Assembly (NCBI GenBank): GCA_000934665.2
Contig: KZ537977.1
Coordinates: 62,001 to 126,000 of the forward strand
Origin: Catajapyx aquilonaris
Lineage: Eukaryota
DNA length: 64,000 nt
Reading direction: 5' to 3'
Under the pieces are notes generated by a model, which was not told where the DNA came from, did not search any database, and saw only the letters and a program-made list of their open reading frames with translations. Positions 25,901-37,875 of the stretch are shown here, in pieces (the first letter of the stretch is position 1; the number at the start of each line of letters is the position of its first letter). Made by a program: the position numbers and the translations under genes.

Positions 25901-28900
25901 TCCGGTCCATCTTGAGCTGAAAGGTTAATAACTCAAGTGTGCCGAATTGGTATATTACTCGAAGACAAAACATTTAGCTAATATGCCTTATTAAGCGAAT
26001 TGTAATCATATCTCATTAGTCGTGACTTGCAAAAATTTACGCTTTACTTTTCCCATTGATACCACCCATTAAAACTGCAAACAAGAATTTTTACGGCTGT
26101 ATTTTTTGTGGTTCTTACGGTACGCAGTAGTTGCTGTTTCGACAAAGCCAGTAGGAGAGCTTTAAAAATTCCAGATTGCAGATTACGCGCTGCCAATACA
26201 GCGGCTGGACCCAGCAGGAGATTGGATATCGGTTTCAGTCATCGTATAAAGACATTCTTGAATGACTTTTGAAAGCGGGGCTCCCCTTATAATTCGAAGG
26301 CCTTCAAGCCCTTACCTTTTGTCCAAATCAATGCCAGTGACGTAATTACAGAAAGTGAATTGTTCACACGGAATAATTTTCTACCGCGGATAATTAATCC
26401 TTTTGCAGCCAGTTGGAAGTACATGGCAGCGATAATTGATGTGGTGTGTGGGCACCCAAGATAAAGGAGGGATTGAGGGTGTGTCACCACTTTTTGGCCT
26501 GAAATCTGACCGCCCGGGCATAAATTTTCCATGGAGAAGGCCACGCACTACATTTTGAGCCCAATTGCAATGCAAACTGCCTCCTCATTATTTCCCGTTT
26601 CAGCAAACTATTTCACCCCGCCACTGACATTCATGATTTTAACTGCTTGTACACAAGTAATTAAATCGGCCCAGTCGGCACTGTAAATATCGGTTGTATA
26701 ACCCCTGCAAACGGCAGTGTCTATTAGACCTCTCTAACGATTTATGGTTCCTGTCAACAAGGAGTCGACTACTGATTTGCACATGAGCAGGTGGCCTTTT
26801 CCTACCTGCGGGTGACATTGCACGCATCTATTTGTTCCCTTAGAAAAATCCCTTAAATCAGTGTGTGTCTCCAGGTGACTAATGGGACCTGCCATTCGGG
26901 TCAATCCCGAGGGGGACATTTACATAGAAGGCGAGTTATCTCCTTCGCACACTGCTGCTGTTCAGAACATGTGTATTCTTCAGCAGGATTAGTCGCTCCT
27001 GACTTGAATTTAGTGGCCAGGTTTCCTACTGCTTGTCTAGTACGTACAATTTGTCACCAGTTTTTTAGCGGTGGAATATTATTGATCTGCTAACCCGGAA
27101 GTGATGACCTCCGATGGTCATCTTATTGCCCGCTGCACCACTTTTCATGGGCGGGGTAGTGACCCCGAAAAGCTTCGGGAGCCACCTTGGCCATATATGG
27201 GGACTAGACACGGTTGCTTTTTGAGCTGGTGTGTGTTGCTTCTGCCCCGGTTGACGGCCAAGAGGATCATAAACTGTCTCTTCGGATGGACCTTTTGCTT
27301 GTAAGGAGGAGGACGCTTCTCTTTGGAGGAAGCACATTTCGCCGCCCTGATGCCACAGGGGATAACAGCCCACCGATATTTATTCCAGATTAGAGCTTCT
27401 TATCGGTTTTTAACGTGGAAATAAATTCGGATATCATGAGCGTTGCTGTCGTCGAGCCCCTCAGTTCGGAATTTTCTACGGTACTGCTGCAGCTGATCTG
27501 TCGTGATTCCATGCATCAGCGTAAATATTGTGGGCGACACTTGCTTGTTACAGAGGGGAAAAAAGGTGGACCTCTTCTCCCTTTAATTACAAACAATTAC
27601 AAAATTATGGCCGACAACACGTGTGGCATATCGCAAAATATTATGTATACAGGGTGAGTCTCGCTGATACGATAAGTGAATATTGGTATAGGGTGCGCAG
27701 GTGTAAATAAAAGTGTCATGGGTGCTGGGGAGTGCGTGGGTGCTAATGCCACATGTGGACTCGGCTGGCCAGCAGGCAGTGATGTGCAGCTATCTGATAA
27801 TTCGGAGACACAACATGCCCTTTATCTATCCCAGCCATTCCAAATAATTAAGCAACACGACGGTGATAGCGTTTCCATGTGGCCTATCGTGTCGGAAGGC
27901 CGCAACCGATGCGAGAAAAAGGGATGTTTAATTGTCTGGCGTTGCTTCTTCGTGTGAACAGCACGCGTTTTGGACTTGTAGTGCATCCTTAGATTGGGAT
28001 CCAGATGAAGCTACCCGGCGACGCCTAACCAAGGATGAATTGGACGCGCCAAAATCCGACCAAAAACCGTGAGGACACCACGACAGGTTTTGATTTGTTA
28101 TCGCTGATTGGGTTGTTTTGTGGACCCGACGACACGGGCCGTCCGCGTGTAACCAACCCAATAATCTGGTTAATTAGGCCCGGCTCTAGCCAAATGGAAG
28201 GACAGGGTGGTCCTGTAGCCACACTATTCAAATTTTTTTCGTGACTAATTATTGGCACCATTTGCAGGTTCAGGCGCGAAGCTTGTCGGTCATCCAGAGG
28301 TTGGCTGCCCTGAACAAGGTAAAGGTCACATTCTTTTTGGGTTGGGTTGGGATTTTTTTACAAAATTCTACCCGTGTGTTTTGGGTGGAGATCAACCTTT
28401 AGCATGACCTTACGTGGGTGTATATACAGCAAAGGACACCAATTTAAAGGAATTAGGTGCTATCCATCGTAATTGCGCCAATATGCTTTATTTGGAAGGT
28501 TGCTCCGAACCTGGATGGACCACCTTGAGATATCCAAACCAAAAATTGTTTTCTCCCCCCGCAACCGCAGCATCCCTTGTTCCAGTATATAGCAAGGACC
28601 GGCTTTTTTTTCTATCGTAAAGTTGCAAAGAGCTGTGACACGGAACAATTCGCGCCGCACTCGTTATCCCAAATGCATGATCCTCTCATTTCTTCCGCTG
28701 CCTTCACGCCTTATTTGGCCGTTTTCGTGCTTCACTTTTTTGTAGCTACACCAGTTTTCTTGGACGCCTCTGCCCCCAAGAAGCCTTTCGGGGTTAGTCT
28801 TACCTCGCTGACCACTTCCGTTTGCACCAACCATTTCTTTGAATGAATTTTTTCCCCCAACCATTTGGCACGTCCAAGCATTTTTTTTCACCAATGGTCC

Positions 28901-31900
28901 GATCGAGCACCGCTCGGTCAACAATGGAAAAGGTTGGAAACTGCAAACAGCTCAGAGGTCGGGGATTTGTGCCGATTTGCAGGCCAATGGCCGGCCTGGG
29001 CTCTCTCTGTGGTCTGTGCTGGCTATGGTTGCCTTGCTCCAGAAAAAGACAAGAAGCAAGGCATCTAGCGGAAAGGAACCATTAGGGTGCTGAGTCATCC
29101 GTGGACAAAAATTCCGGGCAAAAATGTCGGAGTGAAAAAGTCCGGTGCCATTTTTTTGGGGATGGGGGGGGGGGGGGGGGTTGATATTTTAATTATGTAA
29201 TAAGGTGAAAGTCTTGACGCGATTAGTTACGGCTGTCATCATCAAATAATTCGCACTTATTATCACGCTTTTCTCCATCCCTTCCTATATATTTGTCGAG
29301 ATGGAAACCACCACTTTGTAACAGGCTCCGACGAGAATTCCCGGAGAGCGTCACCCTATTTATAAATGGGAGGTGATTATTAGAAACTGGCTTGACTTGA
29401 TCTCGTCATTAGTTATCCGAGGCGTGGACTGAGTTTTCGGGACAAGACACAAGGCGCTCTCATCTCGCGTCTGTCTGCAGCCATCTCGGACCAATGGCTC
29501 CCAATTACGGCGTGAGAAATGAAAGGAAGATTTCCCATCTTAAGACGGTCATTACTGTGCCGAGAAAACAAAATTGTCGCTGGGTTTTTAATTGGCCTGG
29601 AGGCAAACTGCCACCCGCCCAAGTCCATCATATTTTTTTTTCAAGACCCACTTGTCACTTTGTAATGAGGTGTGATTATCTCTTAAGGAGTGTCCGCCTG
29701 ATGACGTGACACTGTATTGTCACGATGGACCAGAGATAACAAGAAGCGCCAATTTCTAAAATGTAATGGCGCTAATCCCTGCATTCGGAGCCGCGGTTGC
29801 ATACAGAAAAAGTAATAATAACTTTACATTGTTGACGTGCCGGTAACTTGGCACATAAGAGCTACCGGTCGTTAAGAGTGTAATTTGTGAAATGGCACTC
29901 CTTCTCTTCGGTGGTTGTGGCCTAGGCGGGGTCTAAATTTTAGCGACTTGACACGTTTATGAGTGTCCCAACTGGCAGATGTAAGCGGGAGGGTTACGTG
30001 CAAAATTCCGGTAAGATTACTTTTAATCACGTCTAACATGCAACCGAATCTCTCCCTAGATTTGTCGAGTTTATTGTCCTTGCTTCTTGCCGGGTAATTG
30101 AGCCCTAGTAAGACCCCGTGCAGAGAAGGAACCCCCCCCCCATGTGTCCGTCACGGTCACATTTCATCAGGGACCACCGTTAATTGGGAGGTTGCCTTCC
30201 AGCTACTCTTCCGGAGAATTACTATTGAGGAGTGAACTTTGGGAGACAATTTTTAAGGGTAACAGAACCAGTTGTTTTCATGTGAGTTGAATTCACGATG
30301 ACCACTACAGCGGAATGAGGCCGGACACGAAATTTTGGCGACATTTGCATAATTCTCATAATTAAATTTTACGCCCCAAGACATACTCATATCGCGTCAA
30401 CAATTCCAAAAAAAAATCAGTTTTCTAAATTATACGACAGACATGAGCCAGATCGTCATCTGCAGGATACACACCTCAGCAAGCAGTACGGGATTAAAGG
30501 TCACATATTCTGACAGGATAAAAAGGAGCTATACCATTACTTATCATTACCAGTGAAAAATGACTGCGCAACCTTTACTTTTAAGCTAGCTTCAGTGTAG
30601 TAGAAATAATATTTGAGGAGGCTTCCTCCCAATTCTTTTTTGGGTTTATGAGACAAAAGTGAAGGCCATTCGGCTAAATAAGGAGCAAAAGTCATGCAGG
30701 TGGAAGGTATAGGACAGGAAGCCGGCACTTGAGCATAGAGAGAAGTCATGAGGAAAGTTCAAGGTATAAGGTCAAGCAGAACTGACGGAGGGGCCACCAG
30801 ATTTTGAAACGTAGTGGTCTGGTGGCGAAGACCTTTTGGTGATAGGGCCTGGGATTTTCTCTGATATTTTTTCCTCCTCCTCCTTGGAAAAACCGGTGGA
30901 AAATCCGTGCGAAAGAAATCGGTCCTCATGGTCAGTGAAATGCACCCCAAAAAAAAATCAGTCGCTTGTTCCATGGTGAAAGCTTGTAAGTGCATCATAT
31001 GGGATCTTATTACCTGGATTGAATACGTGTTTTACACTTGAATTGCTCATTGACAGGTTACAAAGTCAGGGGCGTCCAAACGGTACTTTTTTCGACTGAA
31101 ATATGTGGGTAAAGTAAGCTCCAGATTCCTATGCAATGAGTTTTGCATGAATTATTATTCGGCCTGGAAGAGGATAAAATATCGGTCCGTTTTTTATTGC
31201 AAAGCGCGTGGTCTTGTTATTTTGCATGGACCCGCTCCCGTTAAAATCTACATAATTATCGGGTTACCACCCAATCATTACCTTCAATCCAGGGCGGAAT
31301 AACGCCGGGAAATTAACGTCAGTGCATTTAAGCGTTATACTGCAATCGCTGCCCGTGTTTTTCCACATTTCATCGCCCATTTATCCGTCATGTATTTTTT
31401 TCATACCCCCCCCCCCCCAGTCCATTACATCAGAAAATTCTTGAAATGCAATTACGCTCCGGTGCCGTTGCTTTTGTCAGAAGAGAGCTTGTTTTGCCGT
31501 AATTTGACACTGACGTGACTTTGCATTGTCAAGGAGCAGTACCTTCCAGCTTCAAACGATGTTACCCCAACCGCGAAGGACTGCGGTAAAAAGTCTGCAT
31601 ATTAATTTCCCCCTACTGTGGGGGGGCTACCTTGATGGACGTGAGAGATACCATTCTTTCCTGCATTGACATAACGTTATCACATGGGCATGAAACTTTC
31701 TGTGCGGTACCGTGTTTTTGCGAAATTGGGTCCCGATGCATTTAGGGTACCGAGTAAATAATTGCCAGTCTGTGCATTTCCTGTAACGGTCAATTCGACT
31801 CAATTTGTCAGAGTCCATTCGCGTTCTTACACGATTTCGTGACCTTAGTTACATTGGTGACGCTTCTCGTGACGTATCATGGCCACGTTATAAAGGACAT

Positions 31901-34900
31901 CCAATAATGGTCAAAAAGACATTCGCCCATGAAAGCAATTTCTAACCGAAAACGGATGTGCTTGGTCATGTACGGTACAGGGTGACTCAAAAAATCATTT
32001 AATGTGTTACCGACTCGGATGAAAACAAGGTTTGGTGGCTCCGGGCACTCTTACCCGGCTCCATGTACAAAAATCCAGTCTGATTGGGGTGTAAAAGGTC
32101 ACCGGGGGCCGTTGGATTGCGTGTCAGCCAGCTGACTTCTTAAGGGGACTCTTTTTGGGGTCGGACCACTTTTCGAGCCGCCGCAAATTTACGGCTTCGA
32201 CCGCGCAATTCAGACCATCCAAAGTCTTTCGTAAGCATCAGGGCAGGGCGGCGTCTCTCTTTATCTTTTGAGGAATCCTGACCCTCCAAGGTGCTGACCC
32301 CCTCCAGACCCTTCCTGGAAACTAAACACAAAAAAGTAAGGGATACTTAATGTCAAAGTGGCTTGAAATCCGTGTCAGTGCTGACCAAATTTGAGCAACT
32401 ATTAGCATTGTAGATTCGAGGAAGAGGCAGAGTTATGAGCGATTATAATACTGGTGCCTTATCAGCTCGATTTCCAAACAGGAACGGTTAGTTTGACCGG
32501 ACCATGTGTGTTGGCGGGGTGGGGTCAGCAGGCCGAATAATATTATAATCCGGACGGAATCCGGGGTCGGGCCCAGTCACTGCTCTGATTACAGTCATGA
32601 CACTTGGACAGGTGGTGGGAGCGACCTCTCGACCGGTTTTATTTGGGTGTGAATGGTGTGATCCGATACAAGAAGGATGGGACTCACACACACACACACC
32701 ACGGCCGATGGGCGGGAACCATGACCCTGGGGTCTAAATCATGCTTGATGACCGGGACACTATTTCCTCACCAAATAATTGTCATCGTAAAAGGGGCCTC
32801 AAATGTGGGGTAATAAATTCGTTTCGCGCTTCTGTCCGGGCTGCTAACGTTCGTCGTGTCGGACCAGAAGGGTTATTTAAGGCGGTCCTTATTCCAAATT
32901 TGGGGCCGTGTCATTTGCGCCCTCAGTCGTGATATATATTTGGGACCTGTGTAATTTTCTCTATGGGGGAAAAAAAACTGTGCTGAGAGATAAACATCAA
33001 TACTGCTTCATCAGTTCATGTTGCTTATAATCAGAATTATTATTGCTATGTAATTATTATGGAATATTATTATTAATTTGTTACGCCCTGAATGTCTTGT
33101 TGTATGGCGTCCCTTAATTTTCCGCCGATTTTTCGCTAGTTTGGTTAATTAATATAGAACGTAATGCAAGTAGCCTGGTTTTCCTACAGGTGCTCAAAAC
33201 CTGTCAAGAACTTTAATATAAAAATAATGACAATTACATAATAATTACACCCTGCTAAGGAGCTGCTGAAAACAGGTGTGCTTCCCCCTAGAGATGCAAT
33301 TACGATGACGAACTGTCACCTCAAGCGTCAAGACCGCGCGAAAACATTTGCGTTTGTGCGCAACCGCGTTCTGACTTATAAATTCGTCTGGCGTAGATTC
33401 AAAAAAAAAGTGAGTGTGATTAGGCGCGTAAATCGACGCGTAGCTCGATAGTTAGGCCACTTGACACAAAGTTAATTAGCGGCCGTGACAAGAGAGCGCT
33501 GACATAACAGCAGGAGATGAAGACGTCGGCCGGCCCCGGGGCCAAAACCAGTGTGTGCCGGTGCATATTTGATTGGTCCATGCTGCCCGGCGTAAGTTGG
33601 GATGCGTGGGAAAATTCGTGCGTTTTCCACCGTATAAGTTGCGTCTTGCCCCACCTCAGGGCCCGTTAGCACCAAAAAGCAAGGGGCCACCATTGTTCTT
33701 AGCCAGACGTGCAGCAAACTCCGAGAGAGAATTAGTCCCAAACGGGATTGGCCAGTTGCTCCAGGAGAGGACAACATGCTGATGATGAGACGACCCACGC
33801 CCTGGACCTCAATGTGTCATTTGCAAAAAGAAATATTAGCATTTCGACCACACATGCACACACAATTTTTTTAAAAAAATAGTAAATATTTTCTATATAC
33901 AGTATACGTAAATATGTATATGGAATACATAATCGTCAGGTCAGCTTGAACTATTGGTTAACCGGCTGTCTAAATAAGCAATGAATAATGAATAAGTAGC
34001 GTTCTTTGAGCGGCGGTACTTGCTTTTTTTTTCCACCAGGTCTAGTATATACCTGTTTCCTTGCTGTCACTGGTTCATTGTGCACGGACTTCTCCGATGG
34101 GCTCATTCAGCAGCATGTCCATTTGGCTCCCACACCTTTCCTTTGCTGCTTGTCCACCTCCATTTTTCACCATCCGGATCCTTCATTACCATTGGACATC
34201 CGGGTTGCACGCATATAAGTCAAATAATTATTGCATGCAGATTCCCACCTACTTTTTGTATACTGGTCACTGCGGCAATAATAATTTTTTTTAATGTTAA
34301 AATTCTAACTTGGGGCATATAATCTCAATATTATTTCCTAATGATGAGAATCATATGGTAATGCAGTGACGTAGCCTGAAATGTTACATTTGGCGGTGGC
34401 TGGACCAGGTGCGAGACAAGAAGACAAACTGGTCCCTTTTTTCGCCGTTTTTTAAACCCCCCCACCAGCTATACCCTCCACCCCACTTCTTCTCGGTGTT
34501 GTCCGACAGCAGCATCTGCATGCAAAGGAATGATGGGAAGGATGGAAGCGGGTTGAAGGGCCTGCTCTCTTGCTTCTTCTTAACCCAGCACGCAATCCTT
34601 TCCGGCTGAAATATCACCTCGGATTCAGGAAAAAAAAATTATATAAAGAGTTTCTTCTTGGGTTGTGGAGGATGCTGGGTGGTCTCCTTTCCAACTCGAC
34701 CCATCAACTTGCTGATATGTCTCATTCAAGTCGGGGTATATTTCCAGGAGTCGTGCAATTTGCTCTTGGGGAATGTCCAGCACAACAATGCCCCGAAGGA
34801 AATAAGACCGACAGCAGACGTGCTCTTCCGCGATTAGGGGGTCACTTCCATCACTTTTGTTATACGTGATTGACCACCATTCGACTTCCACGTCACGAAC

Positions 34901-36771
34901 TCTTGAAGCTAGATATGCGATTTTTTTTAAAGGCTGAAAAATCGAAAAGAATGACAGTGGAGCTGATAAATTAACATAATAACGGCGAAGCTTTCCTATT
35001 TACTGGGGAAAAATGCAGACTTGCAAAGACAATATATAGTAACCTAACAAACCTGCATAACCACTGTCGAAATAATGTCATTTTCACTACAACCGCCACA
35101 TTTTCCTACAGTTTTTTTTAAGGAGCGCCAGTTTTTTTTCCGTCGCTGCTACACAGCTGCTTTGGTTAATTTTTTTGTAAACTTTCTTTTATTTCTGTAC
35201 ACGTTTTTTTAAACTTTTTTAAAAAAGGGTGAAAAATTCTTTTCAATATTCACCCCCTTTTCCTTCATTTCCATTACTTTGACCCCGTTTTGCTTTAATC
35301 GAGTGGCTTTTTCTGTCGTCACCCCAAAGCCATGTGCACAGTTTTGAGATCGAAAATAGGCCTTTTTGTAACCAAAGTGTGGGCAAAAACAGCTCTTTTG
35401 AATAGCTCCAGCCGACATGAAAGAAACAACTTTCGCAGCTACCCCCCAAAAAAGCTAGTTTTTTTTTTTTTGAAAAGTCGATTTCCGCCAACTGTAGAAT
35501 TTCCTCCCCCTCTCTCTCCGCGTGAGAAAATGTACTTATATTGCCCCCAAAAAAAGTTGGCGGAAGCGTTTGGCAATGTTATGCCCGGTTCTGTCACCAC
35601 CAGCTGTGAACAACCAAAATAAACCCGAATGATCAACGACATTGCGACATTCCGGACACATCTGCTCTCCCCACCACCGGAATGTCATAATGACGTAATA
35701 ATCCGATGACAGAACTCGGCGAATACAAATAGCTGCTATTAATTCAAACGCTTTTCAAAAGCTGCTAATCAGAAGGCTTAACAATTCGAGCATAATTAAT
35801 ATCCGGACGGAATAAGCCGGAATGAAAACATGTCCATCTATTTGTGGGGGCCGTTTCTTGACCGCTTCTTTTTGGTTGGCCGGCCGAAGGAGGCGGGGGA
35901 TCATAGATTATTCCAAGGCGCCAGCTGATGTAATGAATCATACCCGTAAATTCCAATTAGCGCTCGTTTTTTCGGCATTGTTTTTCCCTCTAGGAGTAGA
36001 CCCGGTAGCAAGGGGCCGATGCATCCAGTGGGAGTCCTTGGCCAAAGTGTCTCCTCCCACTGGATTATACAATGGAAAAAAAAGAAGAAGAGAAGGCCCT
36101 GAGTAGATGAGCACCTTAGAGGTTCAATCAAGAGCATACCAACCTGTCAAAAATGTTCATTTTTATGGGCATATACTAGAGCAACCCTGTGCTGCTGAAC
36201 ATGAAACTTGTAATGAAATCACACAGTATGCAAAGTTATGCATGATGGAACCTACACATGGCAATAAAACAGAAACTGTAAGTTAGTTACAGAGTATGAA
36301 ATAGTGCTTGGAAGCTTCCTGTCGATGTAAAGGTGTTGTTAGTTTATTGGTGTTACAGGAAGAACAGAGAACTTTAAAGCAATGAGGCTGCTTAAGTGCC
36401 AAATTAGAATGAGATATGGATGTAGAAGCCTGCTTGCATTGACATGATGGAGTATTTTATATGCCGGATCACGGAGTTTATCGTCTGGTTTTGTTGTTGC
36501 TAGTTGCTGCCATAAGGTCGTTTTAAATTCAGAGCGATATATTTTCCAAACTGTAGACGCTCAAAACTTGTTGCATGCGAGTCCTTGTCTCTTTTTGTAT
36601 TTGAATTTAAAACACCTCAACCCTCACCACTCCCTGTTTTTTTTTTCTCTCCGAAATAGATCTACAATGTGTGTTTTAATTTCAAGGAGCGACTGTACTT
36701 GTAGAAGGAATGGGTTTTTGCATAAGTTGTCCTACAACTCACCTTTCCCTTCACTCTTCTGATAATTAATA

Positions 36772-36991
36772 TACAGGGTGTTCCAAGTTCGCGGGGCATT
36801 TTATAATAGTTATTGTTTTAGGAGATTTTGCTCAAAGCTTGTAGCTTGTTGTACCCCTAATAAGGTGCCCTATGGCCTATTCTATAGCCATTGCTACCTG
36901 GATCGGGGCTACACAAAAATAACTACTTCGGACGATATCAGTGATAACTAAAAACCGCTAAAAACGACCCACGAACTTGGAACACCCTGTA
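36772..36991. mobile_element. Tc1/mariner-type MITE (216 bp plus TA target-site duplications)
   Basis: Perfect 18-bp TIRs CAGGGTGTTCCAAGTTCG (36774-36791) and CGAACTTGGAACACCCTG (36972-36989), flanked by TA on both sides. Imperfect symmetry continues inward; no coding capacity. Confidence 0.9.
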
Positions 36992-37289
36992 TAGTTGAGC
37001 TTTTTGATTACGAACAGTTCTGTTACCATTTTCATCATAGATTCACCTAATGAGCCATTGAGCCTGATCAATAACAATAATTAATCATCGGCGGGACCGT
37101 CACACCTGGATAACACCCGACTCGTTAGAAAGCTGACAAAATTCATGTAGCAAACATTGTAAGCGGTCGCCTCTGCCCCTGTTATTACGCCATGAAATAG
37201 TTAGCACGGCCTGCTGGTTTCCGAGTCAAAGTCGACTGACCGTGCATTTCTGGCATGCTTTTTTTTGTGTGTGTGTTATGTCGGCTGGC

Positions 37290-37823
37290 CAACAAGCAGC
37301 CTAGTTTCCGGAGGTAGCACCAGTCGGCAGGTGCCACCCCATCATGTATCCGGGAGGCACTTTTTTGTGGTTATGGCGGCGCTGCTGTTGAGGCCCTGAG
37401 CATGAGAGGCCCTGAGAGGACCGGCGCATTAGTCCGCGAGCTGGCTTCTGGCTCGGACCAACCTTCCACCATCCGAAGTCCGCCCCCATTTGGCATGGGC
37501 TAGTTTGGGGGGGATACTTCCACGCCCAAGTGCCGGAGGTGACCCGTGATTGCGACGCGCCCTGGTGGATGCCCCCACCCCAGACACGCCACCACCAGTT
37601 TTTCGGGACCGCTTCTTGTGGGGCTCTCTTTTTTACCATCCGACGAGAGAGAGAAAAGGTTGCGCCCATCCCGCGCCCCATTTCGGCCACGACACTCTGC
37701 CTGGGAGCACCGAGCCGACAAGTGCTGCTACCATTGTGTTTGTGCAGTTGGAGGATTATATTGGCCCTGGCGCCTGCTGGCCGGGATAGGGGTCAGCACC
37801 GGGTGCTTCTGGACGGGGCAGGC
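37290..37823 (+). promoter_or_regulatory. GC-rich putative 5' leader / first-exon region with upstream ATGs
   Basis: Locally GC-rich tract directly upstream of the ATG at 37824, with ATGs at 37344, 37373, 37402, 37495 and an in-frame ATG at 37569. Start coordinate is approximate; TSS unknown. Confidence 0.45.
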
Positions 37824-37875
37824 ATGACTGAGTTGGACACTGCGCCCGTGGTCTGGCCCTCGTGGTGTTACGCCA
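37824..37875 (+). CDS. Samuel: Putative first coding exon (MTELDTAPVVWPSWCYA + 1 nt) of a SAM-domain corepressor, Samuel/Moses-like
   Basis: ATG in GGCATGA context at the end of a GC-rich tract, followed by 17 codons + 1 nt and a canonical A|GTAAGT donor at 37876. Phase 1 matches the acceptor at 54007/54008 (A+CG = Thr) and keeps the frame open. Linkage across 16 kb is inferred. Confidence 0.65.
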
